A stretch of 31,394 nucleotides of DNA, from positions 1 to 31,394 of IMG/VR virus record IMGVR_UViG_3300036719_001218, one strand, 5' to 3'. Of the stretch, positions 26,601 through 31,394 are shown piece after piece; position 1 is the first letter of the stretch, and each line of letters starts with the position of its first letter. The translations under genes and the position numbers were made by a program. The notes below the pieces were generated by a model, which worked only from the letters and a program-made list of their open reading frames with translations, was not told where the DNA came from and made no database searches. The DNA is from a virus. Its lineage: Duplodnaviria; Caudoviricetes.

Positions 26601-28388
26601 ATGGCAGCAAACGATATAATATATTTACCAAACCAACCAATACAAATGTACTTGGTTAATCCTACTTCAACAGAAATAGAGGAAGGTTATACATCATGGG
26701 CAACTACGGCCTATCATAAAAGGCAAGGGGATTGCTATTTTTATGGGTTAGATTATTGCACCCCTGTAAACAAAGCAACGGATAAACTACAATTTCAGTT
26801 TAAAGCAAAGACTACAGGGGCAAACTTAGTGCTACCTTTATTCAATCCTTATTTAACAGGAACTAATACGAGTGTAAGTGCTGGTAAGTTAGTAGATAGC
26901 GGCAACCCATTTGGGTCGGTAGATATTAACGAATTAGTAGTAAACACAACTAACAATACAGGAACTTATGTGAGTAACGTAGATAGCGCAAGTACGTTAT
27001 CAATGGAGCAAGATATATTCACGGCAACCCCACGCAACTATTCTATTTATTCAATCATAGTAAATGGGGGATTTAGATATTTCCCGGCTACCGATTTATT
27101 CACAGTAAGCACGGCAGGCGGTGGTTATTATGTAGAATATACGGGTGTATTAACCATAGGGAATTGGTATAAGATCACAATAAACGTAACTGACATAACG
27201 GCTGGTAGCTTATATATAAATGTAGGTGGGGTTGTTTGTGCAACCATTACAAGTGTAGGTGAGCATACTGTATATGGGCAAGCAGATAGTACCGATACTT
27301 TTTTAGTACAGGCTTCAAATACTTTTGTAGGTTCTTACGATGGATTAAGTTTGGATGTAAGGGAATTAGTAACAGATTACTCGGTAGTTTTATTTGATAA
27401 GGAAACAGAGTTATTTGTAGATTATATTTCTTGGAGTGAAACAAGCGACAGCTTAACCATAGGTAATATCTTTGTTAACTTAAATTGGAATGCAGATACT
27501 TTGAATCCGGCTTGTGGCAACTATGTAATAGGTGTAACGGATGCGGCAGTATGCGAGGGAAACATAGTAGCCAATAGCACATTTGCAACTACTGACGATT
27601 GGACTTTGGATGCAGGTGTAACAATAGTAGCAGGGTACTTAGTTTTTCAAGGAGTAGCAAGTACCGATGGGGCGGTAGGTGCTTTGAATTGTGATATTAA
27701 AGCAGGTTTAGAATATACGGTACAATGGGATATAACAAATAGAAGTGGAATCCAAACAGGATCGTACTATATTGAAACGGCACAAGGTATCATTAGCCCG
27801 TCTTATAGCTCAGCTGCTCAGGGTACGGCAACCATATCATTTACATTTACGGCAAGTGCAGATAGTTCAACTATAAGCATAATTGTAACAGGGGCGGCTG
27901 CTACTTTTAGAATAGATAACTTTACAGTAACGGCAACGGCTGACGCTATCATTACTTCGATGGATGGATTAAGCGAGTGCCTTTGTGTATGTACTAATGA
28001 GTGTACAGCTTTAATTCAATACGGATCAGATAGGCCAACTTTTGGAAGTTATTTCGATGGGACTTTCACAATGAATTACAGGGTATTTGGTAGAACTAGA
28101 AACGCTACTTTAAACGATATAGAATTTAGCCCGTTTAAGAGTTCATTAGATTCACAGGTTCAGCCTTATAACAATCTTGGAAGGGGTGAGGAGTTCGCTA
28201 CCCAGCCTATGCCAGAGTATGCACATGATATACTAGGAGTTGCCTTATCGCATCCAACCTTAAAGATAAACGGTATTAACTATACACGCACGGGCGCATA
28301 CGCACCTGATTGGGGAGATGATGAAGTGGCAAGTGTAGTGGTAAACGTAACTAAGAAAAACCAAAAGTATCTAAGGAATAACTATTAA
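26601..28388 (+). CDS. Structural protein with carbohydrate-binding-like domains
   Basis: 595 aa; NIVANSTF....W and G..Y.V...I...IDN..V jelly-roll-like patterns. Confidence 0.55.
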   Translation: MAANDIIYLPNQPIQMYLVNPTSTEIEEGYTSWATTAYHKRQGDCYFYGLDYCTPVNKATDKLQFQFKAKTTGANLVLPLFNPYLTGTNTSVSAGKLVDSGNPFGSVDINELVVNTTNNTGTYVSNVDSASTLSMEQDIFTATPRNYSIYSIIVNGGFRYFPATDLFTVSTAGGGYYVEYTGVLTIGNWYKITINVTDITAGSLYINVGGVVCATITSVGEHTVYGQADSTDTFLVQASNTFVGSYDGLSLDVRELVTDYSVVLFDKETELFVDYISWSETSDSLTIGNIFVNLNWNADTLNPACGNYVIGVTDAAVCEGNIVANSTFATTDDWTLDAGVTIVAGYLVFQGVASTDGAVGALNCDIKAGLEYTVQWDITNRSGIQTGSYYIETAQGIISPSYSSAAQGTATISFTFTASADSSTISIIVTGAAATFRIDNFTVTATADAIITSMDGLSECLCVCTNECTALIQYGSDRPTFGSYFDGTFTMNYRVFGRTRNATLNDIEFSPFKSSLDSQVQPYNNLGRGEEFATQPMPEYAHDILGVALSHPTLKINGINYTRTGAYAPDWGDDEVASVVVNVTKKNQKYLRNNY

Positions 28389-29344
28389 TGCCAAGCGAAA
28401 ACGAGATATTAAAAAAGAAACTAAAGAGGCTGGAAACAATACCTGCCGACTTTGTTAATACTATCCCAGCATCCGAAAGGAAAATATACAACGATCTTGT
28501 AGAGGCTTTAAAGAAACTTCAATTAGATAGCAACGGGAATGTAATATTGAATGCTGAAAACTATTCTTTAATTGAGGTTTTAGGCAATGACTTTGAGGCG
28601 GCTGTTCAGTCATCCGGGTACTATGATAATCTAACGGACTTCATAAAAGAGTTTAACACACAAAAGAGTTTAAACAAGGCTTACTATTCAAAGGCTGTTG
28701 AAGGGTTCGAGAATAAAGATGTATTTGATTTAACCTATGAGCAAAGTAAAAAAACGGCAGTAGATATACTTGCTGAAAGTTCAGTTAAAGAAAACCTAGC
28801 GATATTTAAAGACAATCTAAACAACGCTATCAGTAACGGGTCTAACATTTTGGATGTTCAACAAATAATAAGCGAAAGCACGGTAGGAACAACGGGCAGC
28901 AATGCTAAGTTAGGAATGTTAAACCGATACGCTAAACAGGAGGCAAATGACTTGTTTGCTATTGCAGATCGTAACTATACTACCACAGTTGCTAAAGAGT
29001 TTGGGATTGAGTTTTATTATTATGCAGGTGGTGAAATGGATACTACTCGATGCTTTTGTGAGGAAAGGGTAGGAAAGACTTTCCATAAAAAAGAAATAGA
29101 GTTATGGGGCGAAGGTAAAACAACGGCAGGCGGTTTAAAGAGTTGCGGCAACCCGTGGCAAGGTATGGCGGCAGGTACTTCAAAAGATACAATCTTCTCT
29201 TTACTAGGAGGTTATAATTGCCAACATTCTTTAGTACCGAGGGGAATAAATGAAACACCTATTGATGTAATTGAAAGGGCAATAAGTGAAGGATATGTTA
29301 ATTTAGAAGATTTACCAGAGGACATACAAAACAAATTAAAGTAA
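28388..29344 (+). CDS. Head morphogenesis / minor capsid protein (Mu gpF / SPP1 gp7-like)
   Basis: YYYAGG...TTRCFC ... GGYNCQHSLVP. Confidence 0.75.
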   Translation: MPSENEILKKKLKRLETIPADFVNTIPASERKIYNDLVEALKKLQLDSNGNVILNAENYSLIEVLGNDFEAAVQSSGYYDNLTDFIKEFNTQKSLNKAYYSKAVEGFENKDVFDLTYEQSKKTAVDILAESSVKENLAIFKDNLNNAISNGSNILDVQQIISESTVGTTGSNAKLGMLNRYAKQEANDLFAIADRNYTTTVAKEFGIEFYYYAGGEMDTTRCFCEERVGKTFHKKEIELWGEGKTTAGGLKSCGNPWQGMAAGTSKDTIFSLLGGYNCQHSLVPRGINETPIDVIERAISEGYVNLEDLPEDIQNKLK

Positions 29345-29362
29345 TTACCGTATATTCGGCCT

Positions 29363-29704
29363 ATGAGATACACAGCAATAGCAGCATTATTACTTATGGC
29401 ATCATGTATGCCGGGCAAGTCAGATCAAAAAGTAGATATTACCGTTACTTGTGATAGTTGTTTTGTTCACATTACAAACAATACCAAAGTAGGGGAAACA
29501 ATGTATCACGAAACAGTTTACTATGGGGATGTGGTAGGAGTTAAACATTTGGAAGCCTATCGGTATTCGAGTGGGTTAAACTGCCTATTAGTTAACTCTT
29601 ATATTAGTTATTTTTCGGATAATGTTACGATAGTATTCGAGCAAGATGGGGATATTATATGGCAACAAAGCCAACCTCAAAGCACAACGGCATACTGCCA
29701 ATAA
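29363..29704 (+). CDS. Putative lipoprotein
   Basis: Signal peptide II MRYTAIAALLLMAS-C. Confidence 0.65.
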   Translation: MRYTAIAALLLMASCMPGKSDQKVDITVTCDSCFVHITNNTKVGETMYHETVYYGDVVGVKHLEAYRYSSGLNCLLVNSYISYFSDNVTIVFEQDGDIIWQQSQPQSTTAYCQ

Positions 29705-29729
29705 AAAACCTAGCCTTACGGGGCTAGGT
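29703..29729 (-). terminator. Intrinsic terminator oriented for minus-strand transcription
   Basis: Minus strand ACCTAGCC-CCGTAA-GGCTAGGT-TTTTT; no U tract on the plus strand. Confidence 0.7.
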
Positions 29730-29775
29730 AAAAACAAACATAGATGAAAAAACCACGGCTAAGATAATAAATTTT

Positions 29776-29803
29776 TTTGTTATCTAAAAAATATTTATAT
29801 TTG
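29776..29803 (+). promoter_or_regulatory. Promoter upstream of putative tail tube gene
   Basis: TATATTTG 29796-29803, TTTG at 29776. Confidence 0.6.
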
Positions 29804-29917
29804 TATATTCTTTTCACTATCTAGTGGGCTTGCATCCCATCCAAACTGCTAAAGCTGTGGTTAGTCGCACCAACAAAAAGACAATCAAACTTTTATTAAC
29901 CTTTTAATTTTCTCAAT

Positions 29918-30460
29918 ATGAGTATAATTAACGATTGTTTAGGCGACTTAGGAACTTATGTAAGTGATCTTTGTGGCAACGATCTTATTGCTGGTATCTC
30001 AGCTTTTGCTATTATAGACCAAGATAATACCTTCACCGATTACAGTGATGCTACTGAGTGGACAACTAACATTGCCGCTAACTCAGCATACATTATCCGT
30101 GATGGTAAAGGAACTTATGCCGATGCTGCCGCTATTATGGTAGATAATTCGAGAGCAAACGGAGCTGATCAGCAACTAAGAGGAATGAACCATACTTTCA
30201 CTTTTTTAGACCCTAACGTTAGCGGAAATAACGATACATTTTGGAGTACTGCCAATGGCCGTAACGTTTATATTGCATGGTATAACTTTGAGGAGGATCA
30301 ACTAATGGTAGTTTCTGACTACTTGTGTACCCTTGTTGTAACCCCTGCTAATGATGATATGGGAACAGGTAACCAAAGATATAACGTATCAATTACTTGG
30401 AGAACTAAGCCTGATGGTTTCCCTTCAAGAGTAACTGCACCTGCTGGGATATTTGCATAG
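29918..30460 (+). CDS. Putative major tail tube protein
   Basis: 180 aa, acidic and beta-rich, N-terminal C...GIS motif, own promoter and long leader. Confidence 0.5.
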   Translation: MSIINDCLGDLGTYVSDLCGNDLIAGISAFAIIDQDNTFTDYSDATEWTTNIAANSAYIIRDGKGTYADAAAIMVDNSRANGADQQLRGMNHTFTFLDPNVSGNNDTFWSTANGRNVYIAWYNFEEDQLMVVSDYLCTLVVTPANDDMGTGNQRYNVSITWRTKPDGFPSRVTAPAGIFA

Positions 30461-31362
30461 TGAGTAGAGGAATTTACATACTATCGCTAGGTCATCCTAG
30501 TTATGCTCAATGGGCTGTGAACCTTGCCGCTTCGGTAAAGTATTACAGTCCATTGCTGCATATTACTTTATTACATGATGGTGTTAAATTAATACCTGAT
30601 GAATTAGGGTTATTTGATTCAGTAGAGCAAGTTGCTTTGTGTGATTATACCGATAAGAAAGGAATGTTTCAGCCCGGCAAAGCAAAGTTAAACCTTTACA
30701 AGTATTTTAAACATGATGAAAACTTATTTATAGATGCTGATAGTATTCTAATAAATGAAGTGGATTCGATCTTTGACAAGTGCAAAGACTTAAATATAGG
30801 GTTGCAAGTTTACAATACTGCAAACTATAAAGAAGATTGGAAGTGTGTATGGGCTACATGGGAACAGTTAAACGAGTTCTACGGTGTAAGTTCAAACGTA
30901 CCTGAAATTAATTCGAGTATAATTTATTCAAAGAAAAACAAAGAGGCGGCTAAGTTTTGGAAACAAGCAAGTGCTAATTTCATTGAAAACTTTGAAAGCC
31001 TATGGGGAAAAAGATTCCCAGATGAATTAGGATTTGATGCGGCGGCGGCTGTGATCGATTACGAGATTAAGATTCCTAACAGTGGAGATCACTACCCTAT
31101 ATTAATGACAAGCCGTATAGAGAATGAGAACTTAGGAATAACTAAGCTAAAAGAGATAGCCCCTATCATGAGTTATTGGGGTGGTAAAAGTGGAAAGTAT
31201 ATAGCCCATTATCGTAACTACGATTTACAGGCTAACATGATACATAAGAAAATATTAGGAAAACAAAACCCATATAAATACGATCACTTAGTTAAACATA
31301 AGTTAGTTGTTTTAGATGGGATAAGACTGAACATTAAACCTCAAATTAAGCGATATGAGTAA
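30460..31362 (+). CDS. GT-A fold glycosyltransferase
   Basis: RGIYIL, KLNLY, FIDADS (DxD), INSSIIY, PDE. Confidence 0.7.
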   Translation: MSRGIYILSLGHPSYAQWAVNLAASVKYYSPLLHITLLHDGVKLIPDELGLFDSVEQVALCDYTDKKGMFQPGKAKLNLYKYFKHDENLFIDADSILINEVDSIFDKCKDLNIGLQVYNTANYKEDWKCVWATWEQLNEFYGVSSNVPEINSSIIYSKKNKEAAKFWKQASANFIENFESLWGKRFPDELGFDAAAAVIDYEIKIPNSGDHYPILMTSRIENENLGITKLKEIAPIMSYWGGKSGKYIAHYRNYDLQANMIHKKILGKQNPYKYDHLVKHKLVVLDGIRLNIKPQIKRYE

Positions 31363-31394
31363 AGTTTGTGGGGCTTGTAGTAAGCCTAAACCAA
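31355..31394 (+). CDS. Start of a Cys-containing ORF (partial)
   Basis: MSKVCGACSKPKP, overlapping the previous stop codon. Confidence 0.4.
   Translation, partial: MSKVCGACSKPKP

Noticed and set aside
13000-29418. Minus-strand ORFs in the right arm (13000, 13281, 15594, 16322, 16918, 18530, 19444, 19596, 20053, 20977, 22341, 27247, 29043, 29212)
   Set aside because: They are antisense shadows of coherent plus-strand genes.
29745-29768. Plus-strand mini-ORF MKKPRLR
   Set aside because: Only seven codons; the minus-oriented terminator and promoter box favour an antisense RNA.
1-31394. CRISPR array, diversity-generating retroelement, IS/transposase, integrase, stop-codon recoding
   Set aside because: No regularly spaced repeats, reverse transcriptase, transposase or recombinase motifs seen. 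Genes read intact in the standard code with TAA, TAG and TGA all used as stops.

Overview
Part of a tailed (siphovirus-like) phage or prophage of a Bacteroidota host, judged from TAnnTTTG/TTTG promoters, A-rich translation starts and a DLPF-tailed SSB-like protein. The left arm (1-8891, minus strand) is an early replication, recombination and methylation module: NinG-like, initiator-like fragment, helicase-methyltransferase fusion, YqaJ exonuclease, ERF, stand-alone DnaA C-terminal domain, two cytosine MTase-like genes and a ribbon-helix-helix regulator. A ~630-nt non-coding switch region follows. The right arm (9521-end, plus strand) holds a glycosylation cluster (GT2, GT4, KdsC-like, two SAM MTases), ParB-MTase, terminase, tail genes (frameshifted chaperone, tape measure, fibres), head morphogenesis protein, lipoprotein, probable tail tube and another glycosyltransferase. 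No portal, major capsid, integrase, tRNA or CRISPR array was seen. The most striking signal is that both cytosine-MTase genes sit in integron-like cassettes (6851-8368) bounded by TAAC-hairpin-GTT sites with complementary cassette ends and no integrase in the window. Also seen: candidate small RNAs, four apparently leaderless late promoters and apparent CCWGG avoidance. All product calls come from motif recognition, not database searches.
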